Origin: Eledone cirrhosa
Taxonomy: Eukaryota
Assembly (NCBI GenBank): GCA_964016885.1
Contig: OZ024750.1
Coordinates: 32,116,001-32,180,000 of the forward strand
DNA: 64,000 nt
Direction: 5' to 3'
The stretch's first letter is position 1, and every line of letters starts with the position of its first letter. Positions 43,743-58,419 of the stretch are shown here, piece after piece. The position numbers were made by a program, and so were the translations under genes. The notes under the pieces were generated by a model. It did not search any database, was not told where the DNA came from, and saw only the letters and a list, made by a program, of their open reading frames with translations.

Positions 43743-43828
43743 GTTCTCCTGTTTTATCTGATGAAAACACAAATATTATTGCATGATGATGTTTGTTTTT
43801 GAAATGCGCATAATAAAATACATGGAAC
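43743..43828 (+). ncRNA. type I hammerhead, AUA site, palindromic stem III
   Basis: GTTCTCCTGTTTTAT-CTGATGA-AAACACAAATATTATT..GATGATGTTTGTTTTT-GAAA-TGCGC-ATA-ATAAAATACATGGAAC. Confidence 0.85.
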
Positions 43829-43944
43829 TCCTTTAACCATCTTTTGATCTTATATTATGCATACTCCAGTCCTACAAACTGTAGAGTGCTTCTTATCCGA
43901 TATCTGCATTGCTTTATTGTATTACAATAAAACTCACCTCCTAC

Positions 43945-43982
<38 letters not shown>

Positions 43983-44086
43983 AAATAGAGTTGTGACACA
44001 CGAGTTGTGATATATCAGTAAAAAGTAAATGAAACGCTGACAAATTTTCACTGGGAAAAATTTGTCAGCATTCTCTTTTCCTTTTT

Positions 44087-44124
<38 letters not shown>

Positions 44125-44719
44125 GTGTGTGTAAGTGAGAGTTTGGGTAAGAAGTTCGTTTACGCAAACACTACTATTTACAAATAGGTTAAATAATTAT
44201 AATCATTTTGGCAGAAATATCAAAGTTTCGACGGTGTCGGTTTTTTTCAACATGTAGGTAAATTGTGTACGTTATCATATGACGGATGTTTTACAATTAC
44301 GGGCGGATAGAATTACTCAATATGAGGATTGTTAAAGTTCAAAATATTACAAGAGTTTGAGTTTTCTAAAACAATTCATATTATTTCATGTTCAGATTTC
44401 CTGTCATATTTCCTGATTTTCTTTGTTAATATAATAGCTATCGTACAATATAAACATCTGCTACCCTCTAAAGAATAATTGAAAATTCCCATTCGATGAA
44501 AGGAATAATGATTACACTATTAATCTTTATATCTATATACTACTAAAACTCTATAATTGCTTGCTTGCTTGTCTGTAATGTAATACAGCCAAAAGGGCGC
44601 ATAATAGGAAAATATTTGAAAGAAAGTTGACCCTGAAATGGGTATACAAATGGAATAAAACAACTTTCGCGCAAATCGGAGCAAGGGTTTCTAAGATATG
44701 GGCTCTTCCGGGTACCTTC

Positions 44720-44813
<94 letters not shown>

Positions 44814-44904
44814 GTTGTGAAAGAGTAGATTGAAATAGAGACATAGAGAGAGGGAGAGGAGACAGAGAAGGAGAATGGAAGAGAGAGCTGGTGGTGTTGT
44901 TGTT

Positions 44905-44935
<31 letters not shown>

Positions 44936-46555
44936 ACACACACATATATATATATATATATACATACACACACGTATATATATGGGCCTTCTAGTTTCAT
45001 TTCACATTATATACATGTCGGCGAATATTTTCGTTATTTAAAAATTATTTTTAAGTGAACATGACTTTTAAAAAAATATTTTGAACTGAACGTGACCCAA
45101 CGGGTCACCGGTTGTCTAGTAATTAACTAAAATGACTAATTATGGTTTGTACAAAATGTTATTAACATAAATAGCATTACTTACTATATTTAACTTAATT
45201 TGGGTCTATTTAGTCTGCGAGGAATAGATTTTCTCCGATAATGGCCATAAATGGTTAAAAGATAAGAGTATTAAATTGTGACGTCACTAATTCATTTACG
45301 TCATTGAAGAAGGAAAATTGTGTTGGTTCCATATTAAAGATATCAGTAGACGTTTAATAAAAATCTTTCAATCAAATATGTTATCTAAGAAAATCTATTA
45401 CAAGATACAAACACATCTTAAACTATTTAGGTGACTTTCATGACTTTCTTCGAATATATCCATACATTGAATGGTTGACTGTATATACGTGTTGTATTTT
45501 CTAGAAAAAAAAAACTTTTCTCGTTCCTTCTTCCCACTCTCTATCTGTCTATTTCATCTTTTAATTCTTATTCTATCTTCAGATGAGGGACTATATCAAC
45601 CGTTAAACTAATATATATTTTCATGGTACTGTGTCATTTGCTTTGTTATTTCTTTTTACTTTTTACACACACATTAATTTATATGTTTACTACATTCGTT
45701 GCGTACTATGATAATTAATTCCATCCAAAATACTACAGGGATCCCAGTTATTAAGAGATACATATTCATCCAGGCCCAACCCTCTCGCACGATTATCTTT
45801 ATCTCGTCACTTAAATTGTTTCTCTTCCTTCACTCTCATATACCATCCTCTTAACAGAATCCTCAATCATTTTTACTCTCAATTTTCTCGCACAACCCTC
45901 GTTCTACAATGGAGTTCATGGGTGAAATGTCTTATTTGGTAGGTCAGGACAGGTTCAAGACTAAAGAGTTCTAACAATCATGACTGTTATCGAGGTAATA
46001 TAGTCCGTATATTAAAGGACCACCAGAATGAACATAATGTATCAGGAATTGTCATAAAGTGTCAGGAATTATCATTCAAGGGACATCAGGGTAAGAAACT
46101 ATGAGATTAAATTCCATGAGACGACACTTTATAAATGTGACCAGTTCCTGTCATACGCAGTAACAATGTAGTATAACTCCTTACCCCTGAAAGAACAATA
46201 GAAACATAAGTCAGAATACTACAATCGTCACAATTACATATGAATATATATATATATGTTTGTTTTCACATCGTTAAATTCTGGTATAGCAAATAATCAA
46301 AATAATCTTTTCGAGGAAAATACTGAAATGGCGGCGATTGCATTCCTCAGGCTAAGTGTTACATGTGTAGATACAAGTAGACATGTTATAGGTTTTACGT
46401 TAACATGGATTACATTCAAGGCATCGGTGGTGAGTGAGAAATATATATCATTGATTTTAATTCCAGTTGAAATCTATTTTTTTTAACATCTATAACATCT
46501 ATAACATCTATATCTGAAAGCAGTACTATTGACAATGAAGTTTGTGTGGGTGACA

Positions 46556-46978
46556 TATATTATCTAATAATTGTTTCTACTTTTTGGCACAAGGCCAGCA
46601 ATTACCCAGTGCATTACTGGTACTTTATTTTATCGACCCCGTAAGGATTAAAGGCAAAGTTAACCTCGGCGGGATTTGAACTCAGAATGGCAAGGGCCGT
46701 AACACTATGCGTCAAAGTATGGCGTCCGACCCTCAACCGATACTGCCATTCCACCGCAATATATTATCTAATAATTGTTTCTACATTTGGCACAAGGCCA
46801 GCAATTACCCAGTGCATTACTGGTACTTTATTTTATCGACCCCGTAAGGATGAAAGGCAAAGTTAACCTCGGCGGGATTTGAACTCAGAATGGCAAGGGC
46901 CGTAACACTATGCGTCAAAGTATGGCGTCCGACCCTCAACCGATACTGCCATTCCACCGCAATATATTATCTAATAAT
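46556..46978 (-). mobile_element. two near-identical tandem family-A SINEs separated and flanked by ATATATTATCTAATAAT
   Basis: ~203-bp direct repeat; the flank motif occurs 3 times. Confidence 0.9.
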
Positions 46979-47440
46979 AGTGTCTGATTTAGACATATCA
47001 ACAATTTAGAGTGTGTGTGTGTGGGGGGGGGGGGGGTCAATTTAAATCAACCCCAGTGCGTAACTGGTATTTTATTTTATCGATTTAGTAAAGATGAAAA
47101 CCAATGCAAACTTCGCCGCTATTCAAACCCAGAAGTAAAGGGTCGTAATTCAATGTCGCAATGCATGCTGTCCGACGTTCTATCGATTCTGTCAACACCA
47201 CCTCCCTTATATATTACCTGATAAAAAAGTAACAAAATAACTCCCCTTAATTGTTTCCACTTTTGGCACAAGGCCAGCAATTATCCCAGTGCATTACTGG
47301 TACTTTACTTTATCGACCCTGTAAGCATCAAAGGCAAAGTTAACCTCGGCGGGATTTGAACACAGACCGTAAAGGACCTTAACTCTATGCTGCTAACATG
47401 ACGTCCGACCTTCTATTCATACTGCCAATCCACCGCCCCT
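46979..47440 (-). mobile_element. two further family-A SINEs (diverged 46979-47210; 47248-47440)
   Basis: central domain and B-box matches. Confidence 0.75.
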
Positions 47441-47731
47441 TAATAATATTGATAGTATAAACCACCTGCCCAAACTACATTGTCAATGGTGTTCCTTAGA
47501 TTTTCAGATATTGTTTTAAAGAGGGGGGGTAAACATAGAAAAAAATTCAACAAGGATTATAATGAATGTCACGGACTAATCAATGTTTACGTAAAATCGA
47601 TAATACATCTGCTATGGTTTATGTATGAGTAATCGATATCATAATAAATTGTACACACATTTATATTTGTCGTAACATTATTGACAGTTAAACAAATATT
47701 TGAAATGAAATTATATATATATATATATATA

Positions 47732-47944
47732 ATTATTTCTGAAGACGGCATATGTATGTGTTGGTATGTATATTATATTTGATAGTTTGTATAATTTTGT
47801 ATAATTTTGTACATAGATCTGTTGAATATGCATGCCAATTCTAACACATATATGTCCTAGAAACGATCGTTAAATAATGAACTTTTTTTGTTTAATATAA
47901 GGAACTGTTTCATTGTTTTATTCATTATTTTTTTAATATTTTAT
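47732..47944 (+). ncRNA. solo PLE1-family 3' fragment with long-stem-II hammerhead (47732-47878), no tail
   Basis: ATTATTT-CTGAAGA-CGGCATATG..CATATATGTCCTA-GAAA-CGATC-GTT-AAATAAT; ends TTTAATATTTTAT(TA)n. Confidence 0.8.
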
Positions 47945-48202
47945 ATATATATATATATATATTTTTCATTCATATATATTTTTATTTGTTTGACCCGATT
48001 TTTCTTGATCGTAATTTTGGCTGTGCGAATGATTGTTTAAGCATCGTCTTAGTGTGTTGGTATTAAACGTTAGTTATAGCTCTGGTTTATCCGAACCATT
48101 GAGCACTTTGCCGCACATTTCGAAGATTGTTTTTCGTTATTTCGTGGGCCGAAGTTTCGATTCTCGATAATATTATTTGTATATATTCTCGATAATTTTA
48201 TT

Positions 48203-48264
<62 letters not shown>

Positions 48265-48368
48265 AATAAAATTATCGAGAATCGGAACTTCCGCCGACGA
48301 AATAACGATATATATATAACGATATATATATATATATATACGTGTTTATTTATATATACCTGGGTGTG

Positions 48369-48424
<56 letters not shown>

Positions 48425-48572
48425 AACCCTACTACCATCTACAAACTGACCAATGAGAATTAAGACTATTCTGCTGACAACTTTACATTATTCCTAACAA
48501 GCTCATATGTCCCAAGCTCATAGGTACCATCAACACTATAAACACAGAGCTGGCATATCTAAGAACTGACTA

Positions 48573-48628
48573 ACTGCCTGATGAGGTCATAGCCATTCAA
48601 TGGCTATCATCGAAATATATATAGCAGT
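48573..48628 (+). ncRNA. type I hammerhead, AUA site
   Basis: ACTGC-CTGATGA-GGTCATAGCCAT tca ATGGCTATCATC-GAAA-TATAT-ATA-GCAGT. Confidence 0.82.
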
Positions 48629-48851
48629 AAATAAAGGGTTATGAGTTCATGCAATTGACTTATGTTTCGTCACTATATATATATATATTTATATATGTGT
48701 GTGTGTGTGTGCTTCTGAGTGTGTGTATATAGTTCAAGGAGACATCAAACAGGGGTACAAAAAGGTTTACTAGTTTCACGCTTTATATTGGAAAGAAGAA
48801 AGTTTGACGTGTCCGGCTTAAACCCTTCTTTGTGAGTACAAAATATGCATA

Positions 48852-48906
<55 letters not shown>

Positions 48907-49078
48907 CGTAACACTATCCACTGATAAACAAATATGTGAAATGAAGTTATATATATATACATATATATATACATATATATATACATATATATATACATAT
49001 ATATATACATATATATATACATATATATATACATATATATATACACACATATATACATATATATATACATATATATAT

Positions 49079-49147
<69 letters not shown>

Positions 49148-49151
<4 letters not shown>

Positions 49152-49270
49152 GATTCCTGGCTTTCACCAAGGCGGCCGGTGTTCGATTACCGGCCTGGGA
49201 ACTTTATATTTATCAAGGGCGGTGCCCCAGTATGGCCTCAGCCGGATCGCTGGAACAGGTAAAAGGGTAA
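49148..49270 (+). mobile_element. 5'-truncated tRNA(Glu)-like SINE fragment
   Basis: GGATTCCTGGCTTTCACC..GTTCGATT..CCGG resembles the tRNA-Glu 3' half, followed by a non-tRNA tail. Confidence 0.5.
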
Positions 49271-49386
49271 AAGAGTAATATATATATATATAAGTGTGCG
49301 TCTGTGTGTGCGAGGGTTTTATATATAATTAATTACGGATACATGATTTTATATATATATATATATATATATGTGTGTGGGTGTGT

Positions 49387-49476
<90 letters not shown>

Positions 49477-49559
49477 ATCAACTGGTAAAGACTTCCTTTG
49501 GTCAGGAATGACTGAGTTTTCCATCTAGAAATTCCTCTCTCTGGTAGAAGCCAGGCCAA

Positions 49560-49760
49560 GATATATTTGTGGAAGATCAGCAGTTGTTTATGTATACGAG
49601 TCTTCCCTGTACACAGCACGGTAAGGCAATGACCGACACAACTTGGCATCAGTAACGACGCAACTTATTTCTACAATTGAGTGAACTACATCAACGGGAA
49701 ATAACGTATCTTGCTCAAGAAGACAACGCATCGGTTCGAGAATCTAAATCACAACCCCAC
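49560..49760 (-). mobile_element. diverged family-B (CORE-like) SINE
   Basis: reverse complement contains GCGTTGTCTTCTTGAGCAAGATACGTTATTTC. Confidence 0.55.
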
Positions 49761-50180
49761 GAAGCTCTTACAGTTTTATTGTATATCAAGATATGTTATG
49801 TATATTCATATATATAAATATAGCTGCAATAGTTGACCCGTATAGACGTTATTTCTAACTCAGAAAAATTCATTAAAGTTTTTTCTTGAAATGGCCATTA
49901 ACTATTATATCTTGAGAACAATACAGAATTAACTGATTAATTGATTAATTGTGTTAATTAGCTAGTGTTGTAATCATGGGGAAAAAAGGCAGTATGGAGA
50001 ATTATGCAGGTAAAACTATATTCTTTACTTAAATATGTTTTTACTTGCTATGTTCTCAATCTCGTAATATTCCTGAATAATATTTTGAATATTAATGTAC
50101 TGCAAAATATGGATTTTTGCCTGCACAAAGCATATTTGAGTTAATTATTTATTTTAATACACACACACGCACACACACAT

Positions 50181-50242
<62 letters not shown>

Positions 50243-50283
50243 ATTTCTAAAGAATGAAACAGTTCTAGTCCTGTAGAATCTCA

Positions 50284-50365
<82 letters not shown>

Positions 50366-51182
50366 AGAGAGAGAGAGATTATAAACAATCGTTTTGCCCC
50401 AGTAAATTCTTCTTTAAGTCAACCACTGGCACATATGTTATTGATTGTAATTTAACCAACTTCTATGTTACATGACATGAACAACTTCGGTTTAGAGAGA
50501 TGTAAACTTAACCACAGACATACATACACAAACAGACACAAGTGTAACGTTTGCAAGATATGTTTTGGAAAATAGTCATTTGATATCTTGCTCCCTACCG
50601 CACTCTCACAAAGTGTTGATAGGATTATAAGTAGTCAAACTAACAGGTTTTTATATCTACATATCTATGAATCTATCTATCTTCGGAATCAAGTACAACA
50701 CAACATTTCTCTTTCCCTTTACACACACACACACAAAGTCACAGTACGTCTTGTGTGAAAGAGAGAGAGGAAGAGACGTAAGGTTGAGGAAAGTGGAGAG
50801 TTGAAACAGTGTGTAAATAAATAAAGATTAAAGCTATCGAACGCTGCTATCATTTCTCCCCTCCCCAATCCCTAATCACTCTCTTTCTTTCTCAACCCAT
50901 CTCTCTCTTTTTCTCATACCCTCTCTCTCTCTACCTCTCTCTTTCATACCGCTCTCTCTCTTTATTTCTCTACAGAATAGAGAACAATCAAGAACCCGCA
51001 GATCTCTCTCTCTCTCCCTGTCTCTGTCTTTATATATGTATGTGTGTGTGTGTGTGTAAACCAGCGTTCGTCGCTATTCTCTCTCTCTCTCTCTATCTAT
51101 CTTAACATATTTTGTACCTCTCTCTGTATAACGGCCTATCTCACTCTTTCTTTACCTCTCTCTCTTTAGATGTATTTGTATA

Positions 51183-51260
<78 letters not shown>

Positions 51261-51317
51261 TGTGTGTGTGTGTGTGTGTGTATGTGTGTGTGTGTGGGTG
51301 TGGATGTGTGTGTGTGT

Positions 51318-51361
<44 letters not shown>

Positions 51362-51538
51362 GTTTCGTGCAACCAACGAAACAATATTTATCTAGGGGCC
51401 ACATTACACAAAAGCTTGAAAATTTTATGCGTACAAAACACTCAGGGGAACATAACGCATGTATGTTCCAAATTTGAAGAAAATCGTTTGCAAACTGTAG
51501 AAGTTATGTGGGTACGGACATACACATCCTCATTTTTA

Positions 51539-51586
<48 letters not shown>

Positions 51587-51589
51587 GAT

Positions 51590-51640
<51 letters not shown>

Positions 51641-52572
51641 CGTGTGTATATGTCTGTATGTATGTATGTATATATATATATTCACACAGAACTTTAAAAT
51701 CCTGCCCCCTTTATAAGTACTCAGATTCTTTCACACAACAACAAAGAATAAATAAAGACAAAATATTTATTAACAGATTTATACCATAGTTGAAGTTGTT
51801 CATACACACATTTTCTCAAAATTAGAGTGTCATTTTTAAAAACATCTCTAATGACTTTTTTTTTCAAAATTTTAGTGAAATATTTCTCAAACATTCTCAT
51901 AATATTTTCTCTAAAGGTTTTCAAAAATGTAACGCGTTTCCTCAATATTCCTAAAAAATATTTCAAACCTTTCTTAAACACGTTTCTTAACATTTTTCAA
52001 TAAACTTCATCGAATTCTTTTTTAAAGTTGTTCAAGACTTTTCCCAAAAATGTCAAAACATATCTTAAAATACTTCTTAAAATGATTCTTGAAAATATTT
52101 CAAATATTGTGCTCAAATTATTCGTTAAGATTTTATCAAAATGTCTTCGAAAAAGGTTTCAAGTACAGACACATGAACTTTCCTCTGATATGAGAAAAAG
52201 GACGTAGTACAATGTAACATGGTTCATTATACCTTGAAATTCACAGTGTCATAGCGGCATAACGACATATATTTTATGCCTTCCATGTTGTTGTGTAGTT
52301 CAGATTGTTTACTTCTTCACCTAAAGATAATATGATAGATAACAGCTCTCAAATTAGATTAGGTGACAAGTGTATAATAAAGTATTTCAGCTTTTAAGAT
52401 GTTCTCTCCTATGACGGTGTGTTCAATACTATTTATATGGATTTACATTATCTCAGAAATCAAACACTCCAGAAAGAAATACCATTTTAAGGGAAATTAG
52501 TTTATGGTTATCTGTAAGCTTCAAAGAATTTAGGAGACTTCAAAATAACTGAAGATTCCCATGGGTCACAAT

Positions 52573-52577
<5 letters not shown>

Positions 52578-52609
<32 letters not shown>

Positions 52610-52623
52610 CGTATGTATGTATG

Positions 52624-52665
<42 letters not shown>

Positions 52666-52813
52666 CGTATGCATATATATATATATATATATATACATAC
52701 CTATGCATGTATATATATATACATATGTATGCATGTATATATATATACATATGTATGTATGTATGTATATATATATACATATGTATGTATGTATATATAT
52801 ATACATATGTATG

Positions 52814-52894
<81 letters not shown>

Positions 52895-52909
52895 ATATAT
52901 ATACATATG

Positions 52910-52947
<38 letters not shown>

Positions 52948-53040
52948 CGTATGCATGTATGTATGTATGTATGTATGTATGTATGTATGTATGTATGTAT
53001 GTATGTATGTATGTATGTATGTATGTATGAATGTATGCAT
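52578..53040. repeat. (TA)n/(TATG)n microsatellite
   Basis: direct inspection. Confidence 0.9.
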
Positions 53041-53798
53041 GCCTTAATTGAGATTCTAAAATTGTATTTTAAATTATTTTCACACCGAGATTTATAAAAC
53101 TAAAATTGTATAGATTAAGTATTTGATAAATTATTAGATTCTAGATAAACATTTTAATGCGCATTTTCAATAAAGTGAGAACTTCAGAAATAAATCACAT
53201 TTTCAAACTGTTATAACCAACATTAATTATTTGATATATTGATATAACGTCAGAGGTACGGGAATAATATGTTTAAGGAGATATGATGTACAAAAATTAC
53301 ATTTTCTTTTTCGAATATCGAAAAGAATTTTGATTATAATGCTATGATCCCATGTGTTTGATATCGAAAAGTAATTTGTTACGAGAGAAAATAGAACAAA
53401 TATTATTTTCCAAAAGCTATCGATTTGTTTTATGTTATTGATAAATATAAACAAACTGTTCAAACTATTTTTAGAACCACTGAGCGAATATAAACTTTCT
53501 TAATTTAAAGTTAGTAGTTTCAGCCTTTTTTACTATGAAACATATATTAAGTTGGGCCTATATTACCTGGAAGATACTGTACAAAGTGTTCCTATTCCAT
53601 AGACATATATGCCCAACTTAGACTATTTTTCATAGACAAAAATCGCTGCGACTAACAGATTTAAATCCGAAGCTTCATAAGAAAAAGTTGCTTGAATTTT
53701 AAATGTTATTCGAATTGAATACTGCTATATATACCTATTGCTGGTTAGAGCTAGGTTTGGTAATATATAAATAAAATAGCATCTGGTAATTTGTATAG

Positions 53799-53868
<70 letters not shown>

Positions 53869-53874
<6 letters not shown>

Positions 53875-54098
53875 GAAGGTAATATCAGTAGTGGTAGAGC
53901 ACTCAGTCCATGGGACGAGTTAGGTAGAGGTGGTTACACAACAGTTAGTTCACCATACCGAGAACAATTGCTTCACCTTAGCGGATCCTCAGCTCGTAAT
54001 GGGCATGGTGTTCCGTATAACCATGCCCATTACTAGCTGAGGATCCGCTAAGGTGAAACAATTGTTATCGGTATGGTGAACTAACTGTTGTGTAACCA

Positions 54099-54100
<2 letters not shown>
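53869..54100 (-). mobile_element. short HHR fold-back (arms 53930-54008 / 54020-54100, tail 53869-53929)
   Basis: CTGAGGA-TCCGCTAAGGT-GAA(A/G)-CAATT-GTT on both arms; (TA)n flanks. Confidence 0.8.
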
Positions 54101-54163
<63 letters not shown>

Positions 54164-54208
54164 CAATGATATTGATAAATGGAAACTATATTTATAAAAC
54201 CATATTTA

Positions 54209-54265
54209 TTTTATTATATACATTTCAAGAGTACCAACATTTTGGTACGCACTCATCAGATGAAC
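54209..54265 (-). ncRNA. type I hammerhead, same family as 30343
   Basis: reverse complement: TTCAT-CTGATGA-GTGCGTACCAA..TTGGTACTCTT-GAAA-TGTAT-ATA-ATAAA. Confidence 0.65.
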
Positions 54266-54436
54266 TTTCATTGTTTTAAAGTTTTGTCTTCTGAAGAACT
54301 CAGGCGTCCATAATTGTCCTCAGCGAAATATACATAACAGATTTTGAATAAAACTGAACCAACTGAAAAATGGCTCAGATTTTTTATTGATATATATATA
54401 TAATATTAATAATTTATATTTTGTATATATATATAT

Positions 54437-54831
54437 CTTCTTGGTTGTCCATTGAAAACGATGATGACATCTTCTTTACTTTAGTTCCCGTCTGCCATGG
54501 GCACGAAGATGACTGTGGAGGCCGATCCTTGACTTGCAGGTCCGGGGACAGAGGTGGAAGGGCAAGAGACCGGAGTCGCTTGGAGCAGCTGTTGATGCCT
54601 TTCTCCTCCTTTCACGGGGCTCAGTGACCACTGCCCGTCCCTTCTCTTCAAAAGAGTCTTTGGCGCGTCTGGTAAAGGCTCGCCACTCAGTCCGGTCCTG
54701 AGCATGAGACTCGAGTTGTTTTGGCGCGATTCCAGTGTTGTTGATACTGGACTTCACGCAGTCTTTGAACCTCTTGAGAGGCCTGCCCCGCCTTCGTTTC
54801 CCCGAACAGAGTTCCCCATACATCAGTTGCA

Positions 54832-54832
<1 letters not shown>
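54437..54832 (-). pseudogene. RTE-clade LINE 3' end
   Basis: MYGEL..GKRRRGRPLKRFKD..K..AQDRTEWR.. plus the C-terminal finger-like CPRTCKSRIGLHSHLRAH. Confidence 0.85.
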
Positions 54833-54877
<45 letters not shown>

Positions 54878-55230
54878 CATTATGATCATTTATTTTTTAT
54901 ATGATACAAGCGATCGTAGCTAGTGACTATTAATCCAGACGAGAATTTACTTCAGGTGAAAAACTTCTATTTATAGAATATTCGATTAGGATATGACTTA
55001 AACTGAATTTTAAAATTATACAATTTATGGCATGAAATAGTGGATTTTATGAGATATTACGGTTATAGAAATTCTAAATATATTTAGTCCTAGTTTTTAT
55101 CAAGTGTTTGTATTTGTGTCCTTTTATGTTTGATTTTGTTACTGTTTCTCCATATTCTAGATAATATTTATATATTACAAATATGGAGTCGAACTAAATG
55201 AAGTTCCTGTCGAACCATGTATATATATAT

Positions 55231-55313
<83 letters not shown>

Positions 55314-55590
55314 GGGCGAAGGGTCCGTGCATGCGTTATAGAATCTTGAGTTGATCAATTGCGTCCGTTGAAGCAACCAGAATTTTGGCTGCTTACTAAA
55401 ACGTATAGACACAAAAAAGATAACACACACACATACACACGCACAAACACATACACACAAACACATGACAGCTTTGAGGCAAGCATATATATATATATTA
55501 TATATATATGGTTCGACAGGAACTTCATTTAGTTCGACTCCATATGTATATATGTGTGTGAGTGTGTGCGAGTGAATTTATATATATATA

Positions 55591-55623
<33 letters not shown>

Positions 55624-55705
55624 CTGTATATGATTGAAGGCTAGGAGAAAAGAGTGCTCTATGTATAATACAGAGTTATTTACTTATGTAATAATGTGTA
55701 TTACG

Positions 55706-55759
<54 letters not shown>

Positions 55760-56080
55760 AATCTGGCTCATCAGAAGATCTGCTAATATGCAGATCTGAC
55801 TGATCAGCCAGTCTGCTAATATGCAAATTAGGCCGATCGGTCACTGTATATTTCAGAAAATATCATTTATTTTCACTAGCTCTGACAGTTGGCAGGTGAA
55901 CAATAAACTGCACTGATGAAGAGTAATCGACCAGAAATATTAGTGTCTGCAGTTCTGTTCACATGCCAACACAAGAGCAAGAATGAGGGGCTCATTCTAC
56001 TGACATGGCTTACAAAAAGAGGGTGTTTGCATAATAGCAAACGAATCGAATATTATTATTAATATTCGAAAAACTCAGAT

Positions 56081-56118
<38 letters not shown>

Positions 56119-56126
56119 CAAAAGAG

Positions 56127-56304
56127 ATCGAAAATGCAACTGGCGTGTTTTGAAGAATAATTATTTGTTTCCTTTACCGCATCTAATGCGAGAAAATCCA
56201 CTAATCCTCCATCTTAATTCTACTTTTGAAAAGCATAAGAGCTGTGAAAGCGGTAAAGGAAACAAATAAATATTCTTAAAAAGACTCCAGTTGCATTTTC
56301 GATT
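56127..56304. repeat. short imperfect fold-back (~55-bp arms)
   Basis: ATCGAAAATGCAACTGG..TTTGTTTCCTTTACCGC / GCGGTAAAGGAAACAAAT..CCAGTTGCATTTTCGAT. Confidence 0.75.
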
Positions 56305-56382
56305 TCTTCTTCTTATACTTTCACTCGTGTAGGATATCTCGTTTCTTTTATTGAAAAAACTTCATTTATATATATATATATA

Positions 56383-57288
<906 letters not shown>

Positions 57289-57812
57289 GTGAGAGACTAA
57301 AAAGGAGAGAGGGGGGAGTGAGGTGAACAAGTGAATGCTTGACTGTAAAATATTGAACCTTAAAAGAAATATTCTAATCATTTGATCCCCTTTGATTCAC
57401 TGCAGTTGTATGTGATTATCCCCTTGAATGAGTATCGCAGTATAATTAAAGATATCTTTAAAAATCGAATATTGATAAGAGACGAACCAACAGTGTGGAT
57501 ATCTAAAACAAAATGTTTAACTGATCAATAATATCAATAGTATTCAATAATCTTTTCGAAACATTGATCCTACGCTTGGAAACTTCACCAGAGAACGGAA
57601 ATATTAATACACATCTTTGACTTTCCCATTTTGGCAGAGATATGAAGAATTCCGGCGAGTGATCGACTACAGATATGTATAAGATATAAATAATTGTAAG
57701 ATGGTAATAGACAGAACGAAGATCTAAAAATTGTACGAGTTTTTATAACAATATACAACTTCTTTTGTGCACGAACATTTCTACGTATATATCATTATTT
57801 GTACATTCTCAT

Positions 57813-57911
57813 TGTTGACTTTGCCTTTTATCCTTACGGGGTCGATAAAATAAAGTACTAGTAATGTACTGGGTATTTGCTGGCCTTGTGCCTAAAGTAG
57901 AAACAATTATT
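57813..57911 (+). mobile_element. 5'-truncated family-A SINE with TSD TTTGTACATTCTCAT
   Basis: 3' half of the SINE flanked by a direct repeat. Confidence 0.85.
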
Positions 57912-58419
57912 TGTACATTCTCATAGTATATGAAAAGCAAAGGGGATCGGCACTGCCGATACCAGCATAGTTACATATCTAGAAATAATTATATTCTTCT
58001 TTTCTGTGTACAAAAAAAAAGAAGAAATATCTAAAAATCTATTTTCCACATGAGATAAACTATGAGCAAAATTTTGATTTCTCATGGTACATAGTGGGGG
58101 TGCGTAGCCTAGTGGTGAAGGTGTTGGACTTACGATCAATCCTTACAGGACAGTACTAATCAGTATAACGGATTTACTTAGCACTTTAACACTTTCAACA
58201 AACTGTACTTTCAAAACAGAAAAAAAATAATAAAATATGAATCTGATTTATTACAGTAATCTATTTCTGTTGTTCATTTCTGTCCTCCAGTCGGCTCATC
58301 CACGTGAGGCTGTGATTCACGTGAGGCCTTAGAATCTTCTACAAAGTTCAGCAAATGTGACTTGTAGAAGCTAATTATTCTACATCAACCTCCTGAAGAT
58401 AAGAAATTCATGCAGACAT

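Larger units (their letters stand above)
39326..43948 (+). mobile_element. PLE3 fold-back: 2.26-kb arms (39326-41583 / 41599-43858) + tail 43859-43948
   Basis: near-perfect palindrome with a 15-bp spacer; each arm is a 5'-truncated PLE ORF + 3' UTR + HHR; (TA)n flanks. Confidence 0.93.

Noticed and set aside
39326-43858. All palindromes being long-read fold-back artefacts
   Set aside because: Not fully excluded for the near-perfect ones, but one-sided tails, family-specific end-points, arm divergence and unique flanks argue for biology.
45575-45615. CAGATGA...HHR-like motif
   Set aside because: Core mutated, with no GAAA or stems. The similar motif at 20530-20565 lacks the CUGANGA core.
49148-49200. 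tRNA-Glu gene
   Set aside because: The 5' half is missing and the stems are broken; it is a SINE or pseudogene fragment. Other tRNA-like heads are SINEs.
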